A DNA stretch of 63,429 bases, counting the filler, from Octopus bimaculoides (Eukaryota), in assembly GCF_001194135.2 (NCBI RefSeq). It is 6 parts of 5 records of this genome, joined end to end, with 100 filler letters (N's around TTAATTAATTAA, not from the genome) between each part and the next. Parts side by side here need not be neighbours in the genome. Positions count along the whole stretch, not along the records: positions 45,372 to 52,593 come from NC_069007.1; positions 52,694 to 58,619 come from NW_026355801.1; positions 58,720 to 61,525 come from NW_026311824.1; 3 more parts are not named here. One strand, 5' to 3'. The notes under the pieces are model-generated. The model saw only the letters and a program-made list of their open reading frames with translations, did no database searches and was not told the origin of the DNA. Position numbers and translations under genes: made by a program. Shown here one piece after another: positions 48,132-61,525 of the stretch. Position 1 is the first letter of the stretch; every line of letters starts with the position of its first letter.

Positions 48132-48984
48132 TGTATATGTATGTATATATATATATATAGATATATATATATATATGTACAATTAAACCTTGGGAGAGGC
48201 ATTATGCCGGTAATAAACACACGCACTGGTTCAGTCCTTTATTAATTTATATAGTTTTTTGTTAAATTATTTCATTGCACTCTTACAATCTCTTCAGTAA
48301 CTTGTCTCTCCACTTCCATTTATTTTGAATGTATGATCTGGCGTTGTTTTGGTGTTGTTTCGAAACTGTTTGGTATGTATATATATATGCGCACACACCT
48401 ATACATGTGTATGTAAATGTGCATATATATATATATGTGTGTATGCATATACACACATATACATACATACATACATACATATATACAAAAAATAGAAGCT
48501 GAGAATGCACTGACAATGGTTTAAATACTTTTTTTTAATCATATTTAAAGATTCAACTAGTTTCACAGTCTACACTGTGCCTAAAATGAAAGCGGACACT
48601 GTTGAGTGAACATGTCACATGCAAAATATGCTATCATGCGATACAGTGACACCTGCACCTATCTATTTAGTTTCAATATTAAGAAACCTGAGGCAAACTA
48701 AGTTGGGTGACTTGTATAAATGTGTGTGTGTGTATGCATGCATACACACACACACANNNNNNNNNNNNNNNNNNNNNNNNNNNNNNNNNNNNNNNNNNNN
48801 NNNNNNNNNNNNNGGGGGGGGGGTCGTTTGTGTGTGAGTGTCTTTGCTTTTGTTGTTTACTAGTTTATTCATGGCACTTGTTCCTGTTTTGTTGTGTGGG
48901 ATTTTCCAATTTTGTCATATTTTCATGAAGTCGGGGTGATGGTAGGGAGCAGTCCAGACACACACACATGCACACACACACACG

Positions 48985-49019
<35 letters not shown>

Positions 49020-49102
49020 TTACATGCGCACTCACATGTATGCATGCATACACACACACACACCCAGAAGAAACATACACAGTTTACCCATCACACCCTA
49101 TG

Positions 49103-49137
<35 letters not shown>

Positions 49138-50139
49138 TCTTTTATTCTTTTATTTGTTTCAGTCATTTGACTGCGGCCATGCTGGAGCACCGCCTTTAGT
49201 TAAACAGATTGACCCCAGGACTTATTCTTTGTAAGCCTAGCACTTATTCTATCGGTTCATTTTGCTGAACCGCTAAGTTACGGGTACGTAAACACACCAA
49301 CATCGGTTGTCAAATGATGGTGGGAGAACAAACACAGACACATACACATATATATATATATATATATATAGGGAGAATTCACAAAAAAACAAAAGACGAA
49401 GACAGGTGGCGTAGACAACAAGCAGATGAATTAGTTTAACGCTGACAGGCTTCTTTCAGTTTCCACCTACCAAATCCACTCACAAGGCTTTGGTTGGTTG
49501 TAGGCAATAGAAGAAGACACTTTCCCAAGGTGTCATGCAATGGGACTGAACCCAGAGCTATTTGGTTGGTAAGCAAGCTACTTACCACAAAGCCACTCCT
49601 GAACCTATATATATATATATATATAATTTACCCATCGCACCCTTTATATATACACCTACATATATACATATACATATACACACATATATATGTATATATA
49701 CATTCATCATCATCATCATTTAATGTCTGTTGTCCATGCTGGCATGCTGGAAGGCTGCGCCAGGATCCAGTCTGATTTGGCATGGTTTTCTATGGCTGGA
49801 GGCCCTTCCTAATGCCAACCACTCCAAGAGTGTAATGGGTGCTTTTATGTCCCACCAGCACGGGTGCCATTTGTGTCTTGATGGGTCTTCTCAAGCATGA
49901 CATAATGCCAAAGGTCTTGGTCATTGCCTCCATGCGGCCCAACACTCGAAAGGAACTCAGACACTTTGCCTTTGTGAGGCCCAACACACATGTATGTATG
50001 TATGTTTCTGCTCCAGTCTGGGAGCTCTGGAGTTTTGGGNNNNNNNNNNNNNNNNNNNNNNNNNNNNNNNNNNNNNNNNNNNNNNNNNNNNNNNNNNNNN
50101 NNNNNNNNNNNNNNNNNNNNNNNNNNNNNNNNNNNNNNN

Positions 50140-52425
50140 TAAAAAAAATGAAGAATAAAAATAAAATAATTAAATAATAAAATATGATAAAATATGACTA
50201 AAAAATGAAAAATATTTGATGAAGATAAAAAATATTAAATGGAAAAATAAAAATAAAAAGAATAAGAAAGAAAAAGAGGAAACGATGTGGATATCGAATA
50301 CTCTGATTCGATAGAGAAAGCGAGAGATACAAAACGAAAAATGAAAATACCGACTGACATTGTTGTGGAAATAAAATTATAGAAGTTACAACTGATAGTA
50401 ACATATATGGCACATAAATCGTAACTACTATGGTCACTTGTGCTGACGTATCTCAACGAAACCGGCCGTAAAATGAATGATTTTTTGCGTTGCGAAAAAA
50501 TTAAAACAGAAAAGGCGCTGCAATAGAATAAGGAATAAAGGAAGAAGAAAAAGGATGTAATTCTTCGGGTTTGTAAGAAACATACAAGAAAGTTTATAGG
50601 AAAATAGAGTATAACCGTGGCTGCGGAATTAAGAAATTCCTTTCATATTCACGTGGCTCCATGTTTGAGTTTGTGAACCCCGTTCTACAGAAAATCGGTT
50701 GAATAAATGTCTCCCCCTCCCATAGTTTTTCTTCGTGTTGATTAATGACTGATGAGCAAAATTTGATACACAGAAATTGCAGAATATACATACATACATA
50801 CATACATACGTACGTACGTATGCACATACACACAAACACACACATATTATTTTGTCCGGAAAGTTCTGAGCGCTTTAACGCTAAATCTTTCAACGCTTCA
50901 TTGAACATACACGAAACATAACACAGTTAGAACTTTGGCGTTGCTTCAAGTGGAATTGCATCTCTTCTTTGTTCCTGATTAAAAATAGATTTATCTTCCA
51001 TTCCGGTTACACTTTATTGGCATTTGAAATGAAGAATTTGCAGAGGAGTTGGAAGTTTCTAAAAGTACGGCTCATGAACACTTAATGAAGCTAGGATACA
51101 TTTCTCGCTATAACGTATAGGTCCCTCACAAACTCTCAGAAAGGAATTGCTTGGACCGGTATTCTGTTTATGATATGCTTTTAAAACGGAATAAAAGCAT
51201 GCCTTTTTTGAAACAACTTGTGACTGGAGATGAAAAATGGATTGTATACGAAAACGTTGTGCAAAAAAGATACTAGAATTTGCATAAGGATTCCCAAAAA
51301 CAGCAGCCAAAGGCGAATATCCATGCCAAAAATGTTATACTTTGTTTGGTGGGATCATAAGAACATTATTCATTGTAAGCTTCTCCCACAAAACCAGACC
51401 CTTAATTCTGATGTGTATTGTCGTCAGCTGGCTAATTTGAGCCCCAAAATAATAGAAAACAGGCCGTAGATGGCCAACAGGAAAGGGGCGGTGTGGTAGT
51501 GTTCCAACAAGACAATGCCCGACCACATGTGCCTTTGGCTACCCGAACAAAGTTACATGAAGTCGGCTGGGATCTCTTACCCCATCCACCATATTCTCCT
51601 GCTACTGCGTCACCCGACTACCACTTGTTTTTGTCTCTACAGAACTCATTGCAAAGAAAAACATTTAACGATTTAGAGAGGGTCAAAATGCATCTAGATA
51701 ACTCTTTTTCTTCAAAACCAGTCAAATTTTATGCTGATGGAATATTTTAAACTGCCATAAAGATGGGCAAAGGTCATTAATAATAATGGAAATTATTTTG
51801 TTTAAAAAGATTTATTGAAAGGCCACTTATCTATATCCTTTTTTGCATATTGAAAAACGCTTAGAACTTGCCGGACAACCTAATATATATATATATATAT
51901 GTTATAATGTTAAGGAATTACAAAATCCGAACTTACAAGGAAATACAATTTGATAATATCAAATTGAGTTGTATAATGAAAAATATTTTAATAATTTAGA
52001 GAAGAACCACCATGGTGCAACTCGCACGAAGAAGAAGATCAGACACCATCAAGAAAGGTGTACTATGCAAAACTAGTTTAAAAATCTAAAAATCCAAGGT
52101 CGGTTTCGTTGAGATACGTCAGCAGAAGTGACCATAGTCGCTACGATTTATGTGCCATATATGTTACTATCAGTTGTATCTTCTATAATTTTATTTCCAC
52201 AACAATGTCAGTCGGTATTTTCATTTTTCGTTTTGTATCTCTCGCTTTCTCTATCGAATCAGAGTATTCGATATCCACATCGTTTTCCTCTTTTTATTAC
52301 TTATTCTTTTTATTTTTATTTTTCCATTTAATATTTTTTATCTTCATCATATATTTTTCATTTTTTAGTTATATTTTATATTTTATTATTTAATTATTTT
52401 ATTTTTATTTTTCATTTAAAAAAAT
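50140..52425. mobile_element. Element bounded by ~325-bp inverted repeats (50140-50467 / 52100-52425)
   Basis: GCTGACGTATCTCAACGAAACC at ~50440-62 is the reverse complement of GGTTTCGTTGAGATACGTCAGC at ~52101-22. The arms are highly similar along their length. Confidence 0.8.
50845..51885 (+). mobile_element. Mariner (DD34D-type) with both TIRs, N-terminally deleted, nested in the inverted-repeat element
   Basis: TA-TTATTTTGTCCGGAAAGTTCTGAGCG / CGCTTAGAACTTGCCGGACAACCTAA-TA; VTGDEKW, QQDNARPH, HPPYSP..DYHLF. Confidence 0.92.
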
Positions 52426-52944
52426 TTCTGTTTCTTATATTTTATATTTATCCTATCTTATTATTTTTATTATGTTTATCAGCTTCATTGGTTTACAGAT
52501 GTTTCTGCTACGAGAAGCAGTGTACTGAGAACTGAGTGCATATGTAACATCCTGTAACTTCACCAGAGCCATTAAACTGAAGTGTATGTTTATNNNNNNN
52601 NNNNNNNNNNNNNNNNNNNNNNNNNNNNNNNNNNNNNTTAATTAATTAANNNNNNNNNNNNNNNNNNNNNNNNNNNNNNNNNNNNNNNNNNNNATATATA
52701 TATATATCATACAGGCAAGAAAGTAATATTTTGAATGTAGTATCACCGTGAAAACATTAAAAAAATTGGGTATTTTACTCTTATATGACGGAAAAAGTTG
52801 TCAGCAATCTTTCAGCTGTTTTCACGGTTATACTGCATTCGAAATACTACTTTCTTGTATGTATGATACGATACACATTCGACACTTCCAAAAACAACTC
52901 GTTTCAGCTATACGGCTGCTGTCATGCTGGAGCACTACCGTGGT

Positions 52945-53320
52945 TTTTCTGATTTCCTCAGTCTGGAGTGTTTCACATCACCACTCCCATATGTGTCTGT
53001 GTCTCAGCTGTTGGTCCATTTGGTGTATAAGGGAGTTTGATTCCGCTACCCTCGTCTGTATCTTATGACGGGTTGTTGGTTCATCCGCTATTGTAAACAG
53101 GAGGATATCTAGCTCCTTTTAGAAGACATCTACTTCACCTTATGCAGATTTCTTAATTCTCGTGGCAGGGCATTGAAGAGCTGTGGGCCTTTGAACCCTA
53201 TATACTAAGAAGAGGGATATAATATCCAGGTTGATACAGACCACATACAAATTCGTTCTTCACAACTCCTGAAGCTGCTTCAGATATGATCCATCCCATT
53301 CTTATAAAACTGATAATTTT
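52945..53320 (-). pseudogene. CR1-group LINE 3' end
   Basis: FKGPQLFNALPRELRN..KRELD.L..IADEP...RVAESNSLIHQ. Confidence 0.75.
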
Positions 53321-53324
53321 GTCC

Positions 53325-54027
53325 AAATTGGTGTGCTAAACTCAAATTGTCGTTTCTGCAAAGCTTTAAAATTTCCAAATGAAACTAATGGCATGTGCTG
53401 CTCGGGCGGTAAGGTAAGATTGCCAGCACTACCAGCTCTTCCTCAACCTCTTATGAATCTTCTGGATGGCACTTCCATCCAATCAAAGGATTTTCTGAAC
53501 AATATCAGTCAACTCTGCATTTCAAATGACATCGTTTGGTGCATCTAAGGAGATAATTGAACATGGATTTACGCCGACGTTCAAAGTTCAAGGGCAAGTC
53601 TCTCACCTCATTGGTTCCCTGATACCCACAAATGAAAACCACAGTTCCTCCAAATTTACTTTATGAGTGGTGTAGGACATTATTGTCCTACATCGAAGGA
53701 GTTGTCATAAATTCGAAGGAGATATAAACTACAGACGATGGGTCATGTCAGACGCAGCACCGACTGCCACAAAGGAGAGTATATCCAGTGACAACTTTTC
53801 AGTGCGTTCAAAAATCACATGCCCCCTCTCAATTTTCCATGACAGGTTACGGTTTGGAATACTCCAAACGGACGCATGGCACGTCGCTTAGTCGAATTAG
53901 CCCATAATTTATTCCACAAATGTTTTGTCGTCAATGCTGCGCTTTCCCGTATCACTTTTTCAACATAACTGTAATATATATAAACAATGCCATTTTAATC
54001 CCGAGCAACGCCGGGTATCTCTGCTAG
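53325..54027 (+). mobile_element. Helitron remnant: Rep N-terminal fragment joined to a canonical 3' end
   Basis: CRFCKALKFPNETNGMCCSGGKV..AFQMTSFG..PTFKVQGQVSHLIGSL..FLQIYF. Hairpin CCCGAGCAACGCCGGG, then CTAG (54024-27) followed by T. Confidence 0.9.
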
Positions 54028-54145
54028 TTTTTAATAAAGGCAACGGATATTTTTACATATGCGCCTAAAGGAAAACGGAAAATAGGCGTTTATACTCATA
54101 GAACAAACTTCTCTTTATGTCCCTGTATCAGTGACAAGGAAAATA

Positions 54146-54691
54146 CAGTAATACCTCACTTTACGAGGACCCGTCTTACAAGACTCCAGGTTTACGAGTT
54201 TTATTTTTTTAGCACAAAATCCAAATTTTGAACGAAGTGCAAAAGTTTCTACTACCATAACCATTGCTTCTGCGTGTTACCGAGAGAGCGAAAGACAGTT
54301 TCTTCTAAGCAAACAACTGTAGACTTGTTTTTTAAAAAGAAATCTACAAGTCTGTCTACGAGTGCTTGTGAATTGGGGATTGCTTCTACAAGTAATAGTG
54401 TTCGCGATCCTATTGCGAGTGAAAGTGATTCAGAAAACGATTATAATAATTATATTTTTATTATAAATGATCTTGACATTCCTTTTACTCTACATAAAAT
54501 ATTCTTTACATACTACTGTTTTATTGCCATTTATTTACGAGTATTATAAATTTTATTGGTAAAATATTTTTCTGGGAACAAATTATGATTTATAACATAG
54601 CTATTATGGTAAATTATTACTCTGCTTTACGAATTTTCGGTTTACGAGCGGTCTCCGAGAACAGATTAATTCGTATATCGAGGCATTACTG
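54146..54691 (+). mobile_element. Tigger/pogo-type non-autonomous element
   Basis: TA|CAGTAATACCTC..GAGGCATTACTG|TA; internal KQTTVDLFFKK transposase C-terminal remnant. Confidence 0.85.
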
Positions 54692-55489
54692 TATATCAGT
54701 TTCAGAAGGCAGGACTTTTTGCTTTTTTCAAAGAAGGCGGAGAAAAATAATGGTTGCAAGGACACAACTACAAAATTAGATTCTGCCAATTTTTCTCAAA
54801 CAACAGCTTGAGGTTGTTTTGAAATTGTGGAAAATGCGATGTAGATATATATATGTATGTATATATATATATATATGTATGTATATATATATATATANNN
54901 NNNNNNNNNNNNNNNNNNNNNNNNNNNNNNNNNNNNNNNNNNNNNNNNNNNNNNNNNNNNNNNNNNNNNNNNNNNNNNNNNNNNNNNNNNNNNNNNNNNN
55001 NNNNNNNNNNNNNNNNNNNNNNNNNNNNNNNNNNNNNNNNNNNNNNNNNNNNNNNNNNNNNNNNNNNNNNNNNNNNNNNNNNNNNNNNNNNNNNNNNNNN
55101 NNNNNNNNNNNNNNNNNNNNNNNNNNNNNNNNNNNNNNNNNNNNNNNNNNNNNNNNNNNNNNNNNNNNNNNNNNNNNNNNNNNNNNNNNNNNNNNNNNNN
55201 NNNNNNNNNNNNNNNNNNNNNNNNNNNNNNNNNNNNNNNNNNNNNNNNNNNNNNNNNNNNNNNNNNNNNNNNNNNNNNNNNNNNNNNNNNNNNNNNNNNN
55301 NNNNNNNNNNNNNNNNNNNNNNNNNNNNNNNNNNNNNNNNNNNNNNNNNNNNNNNNNNNNNNNNNNNNNNNNNNNNNNNNNNNNNNNNNNNNNNNNNNNN
55401 NNNNNNNNNNNNNNNNNNNNNNNNNNNNNNNNNNNNNNNNNNNNNNNNNNNNNNNNNNNNNNNNNNNNNNNNNNNNNNNNNNNNATATA

Positions 55490-56350
55490 TATACGAGAAA
55501 TTATACGCACTCTTGTTTTTTCAATGTATTTACACAAAAGCAGGAGATAAACAAGTACGTCATTTTTCTATATAGTCTCCTTCTTTTCGATGCACTTGGT
55601 CCAGCAGTCCACAAGCTTGCGTTGACCCTCCAAGAAGGTCTTTGGTTGGTCGTGCAACCATTTATGGACCGCCTCCTTCACATCTTCATCCGCAGGAAAT
55701 CGACGACCTCGTAAACCGTCTTTGAGCGGTCCAAAGACATGATAGTCGGAAGGGGCGAGATCTGGGCTGTAGACAGGGTGTTCCAGTACTTCAAAACCCA
55801 ATTGGATAATGGTTTCAACGGTCTGAGTGGGCGTGCATTGTCATGCAACAACAAAACTTTCTTCGACAATAAGCTTCGGCATTTGGTACGAATTGCTGGC
55901 TTCAGTTTGTTGGCCAGCAAAGCACTGTATCTTGCATTGTTGATCGTACACCCCTTTTCCATGTAGTCTTTCAATATAGACCCTTTTGAGTCCCAAAGAA
56001 AGGTTAGCATAACCTTTCCCGCAGAAGACTGAGTCTTGAATTTCTTCGTCGCTGGTGAGCCAGGATGTTTCCACTCCATACTCTGTATTTTGGATTCTGC
56101 TTCATAATAATAGACCCACGTTTCATCGGTGACTGCCCTCATTGTTGTAGCGATCAAGTAAACGCAGACAGACCTCAAGATGTTGGCGTTTGTATTCTGC
56201 AGTAAGCTCTCTTGGCATCCATCTTGCACAGACTTTATGGAAGCCGAGCTCATCGTGGTTGATTTGATAGGCAGAACCATGACTAATCTGCAGAGAACGA
56301 ACTTCCTCATTGATGATAACTCGCCGATTCACCATTACCATCTTTCGAGC
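55490..56350 (-). pseudogene. Mariner transposase (irritans-like tentative), most of the ORF, disabled
   Basis: KVCARWMPREL, VTDETWVYYYE, QSSAGKVMLT..WD, LLHDNARP, HPVYSPDLAPSDYHVF. Confidence 0.93.
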
Positions 56351-56769
56351 TTTCTGAATCTNNNNNNNNNNGTGTGCTGAAAGACCACTGGGAGTGAAGC
56401 GCTCCTCAGCTTTTGTTGAAGCATGTCTCTAGGAGAAGGTCACTCTGATATAAAACCAGATATGTAGGGAATGGCATTGGACATTTTGGGGATCTTTGGT
56501 TTGTGCTAGAGATCATGGGGCTCCCACATCCCTGAGCCTGCGACTCATATTGGCACGAGACATCTTGCTCCGGTTTGTCTCTGGATAATGTCAATAAAGT
56601 GGAGAGGGTCTATGAGGTGTTGTGCAAGCCTTATTGGACCTAAAACTCTGCACAGGCATTGCCGACTGCTGTTCGATATGTGAATTTTTTTTTTTCTCTA
56701 TATATGTTTATCTTATTTTTAGTATATATTTAACTTATCTTTAGTATATATATATTTTTTTTTCATTCG

Positions 56770-58618
56770 GAAGTCCTGCGGCGATGGGAAGGTGGTGAAG
56801 CATGCAGACCTGACGGGTTGGAAGCATGTAGTCAGTGACCTGCACATAGGCGGTCCATGCTAGATATAAAGTCGTCTCCTTGTTGCCCAAGACAGCAGTA
56901 GGATTTGGTTGCTGCATGGGTGTCTGAGCAGATCCATTTGGAGAGGGCACTGCTCACCCGGAGAACGGGGAGGTTCTAGAAAAGGTGAACCAAAAATTGC
57001 CTGTCTTTCCATATCTGGTCAGTTTAGCACGACTGACGGAATCCACCCTGTGCTCGAAAAACAAAGAGTCTTTTATTTATAAAATCTGGACGGAACTTAA
57101 ACATTTCATGTTGGAATGTGCACACTCAGTTGGACAACAAGAGTGATTGTAGGCCTGAAAGAGGCACGACACTTGTTGCTTGTGAGCTGAACTGTTATAA
57201 AATTGATATAGCTGCACTCTTAGAGACTTGTATAGGTGATGGTCAGCTTGAGGAAGTAGGAGGTAGATACACCTTTTTTGGGAAAGGAAGGCAGAAGGAG
57301 GAGCGCAGAGAGGCTGGTGTTGGTTTTGAAGTCCGATCTGATATCCTTAAGAAGTTGGAAGAGCTCTTTGTTCCTATAAATGAACGTATAATGACACTAT
57401 GGTTGCACTTGAAAGGTAAGTGGTTTGCTACTCTAATAAGTGCCTATGCACCTACTTTGACTAGCTGTTATGAAGATAAAACAATCTTTTATACCCAGCT
57501 GAGAGCCATACTTTAAAAAATCCACAATTCTGATAAAGTCATTCTACTGGGGGATTTTAATGCCAGGGTTGGAACAGACTGGCAAACATGGAACTCTCTA
57601 GGACGTTTTGGAGTAGGGAAAATGAATAGCAATGGTCTCATGCTATTGGAGCTTTGCGAAGATCATGGACTTTACATCGCAAGCACTCATTTTATGCACA
57701 AAGGTGATCACACAACATAGATGCATCCAAGGTCCAAAGTTTGGCACTTGCTGGATTATGTCATCATCCGCAAGCATGACATTTATGACATTTGTAATGT
57801 CAAGTCCTTTCATGGATCGGAATGCTGGACAGACCACAGTCTGGTGCGAGCAAAGTTCCGAATGGTGATTAGAGTGAAAGAGAGAAAAGGATCAGTCAGC
57901 ATTCCTCGCCGTCTAAATGTCCACAAGGTATATGATGTGGTTAGGAAAGAGCTTCAGACATGCTTGTCCAGCATTGAAACTGCTGCAGCATGGGAGGTTT
58001 TTCAAGACCAGGTTCTTCAATGTGCAGCCGAAACACTGGGATATGTTACTGCCAGACACAGAGACTGGTTTGATGAGAAAGATGCTGAAGTTCAGCGACT
58101 ATTGGTGGTAAAGTGTCAAGCCCACAGTGTATTGCTACACAGAAAACTGTCTACTGCGCAGCGAAGTCTAGCACTTGCCCACTATAACAGTGTAAAAACA
58201 TTACTGCAGCGATCTCTCAGGAAGATGCAAAACATTTGGTGGGAGGATCTTGCTCGTGATGTTCAGGTTGCTGCTGGTGCAAATGACAGCAAGAAGCTTT
58301 ACCATCTTATGAAGCGAGCTTATGGACCTAAGAGCTCCACATCAGCTCCTTTGTTTTCCAAGGAGTCTTCCACTCTGTTTACTAAATCAACAGAAATCAC
58401 AGGTCGCTGGATCGAACACTTCTCTGAACTCCTAAACCATGAGTCAGTTGTGGATGAAACAGTGATTGATACTATGCAACAAAGACCTATCATTGGCTCC
58501 TTAGACTCCTCGCCCTCAATAAATGAAGTAATGACAACAATAAGTAAATTGAATCTTGGTAGGGCACCCGGAAAGGATGGAATTTGTGCTGAGGTCTTGC
58601 GATTTGGTGGTAATTATA
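56770..58618 (+). pseudogene. RTE-clade (BovB-like) LINE: 5' UTR + AP endonuclease + linker to RT start; two in-frame stops
   Basis: CWNVHT, GVGF, ISAYAPT, LLGDFNARVG, HPRSKVWHLLDYVI, TDHSLV, RAPGKDGI.AE. Stops at ~57514 and ~57718; truncated by a gap. Confidence 0.95.
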
Positions 58619-59598
58619 TNNNNNNNNNNNNNNNNNNNNNNNNNNNNNNNNNNNNNNNNNNNNTTAATTAATTAANNNNNNNNNNNNNNNNNNNNNNNNN
58701 NNNNNNNNNNNNNNNNNNNATACTTCTGTCTCTCCCTCACTCTCTTTCTCTTTCTCTCTCTCCTTCTCTAGCTCCTTCACTGATTTTCTATCCCTCTGCT
58801 CCTACCTCTCTCTGTTTCTTCCACGTGACCGTTGTTCGGCCAAACATGATCTTTCTTTCTTGGCCTGACCGCCGCTCAATCAACACCTTATTTTTCTGTC
58901 TCCTGACTCTCATCTATGCTTCTTTGCCTCAAGGCTTTCACTCTACACACCAGGTCAACTTTACTTGTCCTTATTAGTCGAAAGGCGTCTGTTGTTATTC
59001 TCTTGTTGCTTGTATTTGTAATCGTGTAACATTTTCTCAGTTTTCTCGTATTTTTGTCTGTGTTGTCGTACACATTCGCTAGCTTTCTTCCAAATATTCA
59101 ATGTTCTTAGCTTAGATTTTTGGGGCCTACTAATTTTGAACAGTCTCAAGTGTAACAGTCCGAAACTGTAATGATAATTGGAAGCTTGACTAATGAACAG
59201 AAGGCCACGAATGATTCGTCCTTGGTGTTCCCTGTCCGTGTTTGTATCGTCCATCTGACCGTATGTTTTCATTGTCATCCGTTACGTTCTTATTCCGTTT
59301 TTNNNNNNNNNNNNNNNNNNNNNNNNNNNNNNNNNNNNNNNNNNNNNNNNNNNNNNNNNNNNNNNNNNNNNNNNNNNNNNNNNNNNNNNNNNNNNNNNNN
59401 NNNNNNNNNNNNNNNNNNNNNNNNNNNNNNNNNNNNNNNNNNNNNNNNNNNNNNNNNNNNNNNNNNNNNNNNNNNNNNNNNNNNNNNNNNNNNNNNNNNN
59501 NNNNNNNNNNNNNNNNNNNNNNNNNNNNNNNNNNNNNNNNNNNNNNNNNNNNNNNNNNNNNNNNNNNNNNNNNNNNNNNNNNNNNNNNNNNNNNNNNN

Positions 59599-59632
<34 letters not shown>

Positions 59633-59689
59633 CATATCCCTGCTTCCATCCATCCATCCATCCATCCTTTTTCCATGAGTATCTTTCAC

Positions 59690-59965
59690 AGACAATGACA
59701 TGAAGTAAAAGTTCCATATTCTCATATGATTCATGAAGATGAACGGAGTGTGCATTATGGAGATGTACAGTTTGTAAATCTCGTTTTGAAGAGTCAATAA
59801 ACAAACGCCACTCTGCAGAATCATGATTTTGAGATAAACATTTGAAAGGCCCATTGCTACAAAAGTAAAGCGTTCAACAGAAAAACATGTTTGTAGAACC
59901 ACATTTGTCTGCCGAAAATAAGTTATACGAACACCGTGCTCTAGCAGATAGTTCTCCTTCATAAT
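59690..59965 (-). pseudogene. DDE transposase fragment, Chapaev3 (CMC)-like tentative
   Basis: EWRLFIDSSKRDLQTVHLHN..AHSVHLHESYENMELLL resembles the WRLFIDSSK.SLKAVLLHN motif. Confidence 0.65.
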
Positions 59966-60023
59966 CTGTATCTCATCTTAGGTGCATACGCCAAAATTTG
60001 ATAGATTGGTCTCGCAGAGCAGG

Positions 60024-60093
<70 letters not shown>

Positions 60094-60103
60094 GTCGTCG
60101 TCA

Positions 60104-60135
<32 letters not shown>

Positions 60136-60559
60136 GTCTTGACATTAATGTCCCTGAACCTTAGGAGTCACCTTTCTGCCGTATTAAAACGAAATAAACG
60201 AAGAGACAAAATACAATGCGTTGGTTGATAAACAAGACGGGATATCCACGGGTGGAGAACCTTGATTCTAGCTTCCTTTTCTGGATCAGAGCTGATTTAG
60301 TTGTAGTTGTTGTTGATGTTGTGATGTTGGTGGTGGTTGTGGTTGTGGTGGTTGTGATGGTGGTAGTCATCATAGTGGTGATGGTGGTGTTGGAAAAAGC
60401 AACAACAACAAAAAACAGAAAGAGTAACAACAGTTATATTGTTAAGATTTCGAACAACAAACAACAATAAACGACACAATAAGAACAAAACGAAAAAAGA
60501 ACAGCAACGATTATTAAATCACAAACTGCAATTAGAGTAACAAAAAAATATAAAGGCTG

Positions 60560-60788
60560 AGAAGCAGAAAGACATCATCATTATCATCATCATCAACAAC
60601 AACAAAAACAACAACAATAATAAAAATGATAAAGATAATAATGATGACAATAATAATAAAAATAATAATAAAACAACAACAATATTAATAATCATAATAA
60701 AACAGCAATAATAATAATGTTAATAATAATAATAATAGTAATAATAATAATGATGATGATGATGATAATAATAATGATAATGATGATG

Positions 60789-60819
<31 letters not shown>

Positions 60820-60940
60820 TGATGATAATAATAATAATAACAATAATAATAATAATAATAATAATAACAATAATAATAAAAACAATAATAATAATAATAA
60901 TAATAATAATGATGATGATGATGATAATAATAATAATAAC

Positions 60941-60972
<32 letters not shown>

Positions 60973-61030
60973 TAATAATGATAATAATAATAATAATGAT
61001 AAAAATAATAATAATAATAATAATAATAAT

Positions 61031-61077
<47 letters not shown>

Positions 61078-61094
61078 TGATAATAATAATAATA

Positions 61095-61143
<49 letters not shown>

Positions 61144-61165
61144 TAACAATAAAAACAACAACAAC

Positions 61166-61245
<80 letters not shown>

Positions 61246-61270
61246 CAATAATAATAATAATAATAAATGC
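60560..61270. repeat. ~700-bp (AAT)n/(GAT)n/(AAC)n triplet microsatellite; also (CAT)n/(CGT)n at 60024-60137
   Basis: Directly visible. Confidence 0.97.
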
Positions 61271-61492
61271 AATAAACAAAGGAATAAAATGGTGCGGAGC
61301 TAATTGCTAACCTTCATTTACAAAGTTATTCGCATCAAGTTGTTTGATGTCGGCATTAAAATGTCTTTCAGTCAGCTCATCCGTATAATTTGATCTTACA
61401 ACTTGTGTGTTATTTACTGTTTTAGCAACCCTTAATTAACTATTTATGCTAAATTCTTCTCTCACGTAAATTATTGCATATACTCACACACA

Positions 61493-61525
<33 letters not shown>

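Noticed and set aside
55568-56310. Mariner ORFs as an active or domesticated transposase (also 37419-38106, 51059-51800)
   Set aside because: All carry frameshifts, stops or deletions across the catalytic domain.
56770-56960. HDV-like ribozyme in the RTE 5' UTR
   Set aside because: Some pairing is visible (GGGT..GAGCAG / CTGCTCACCC) but I could not assign the nested double pseudoknot by eye.
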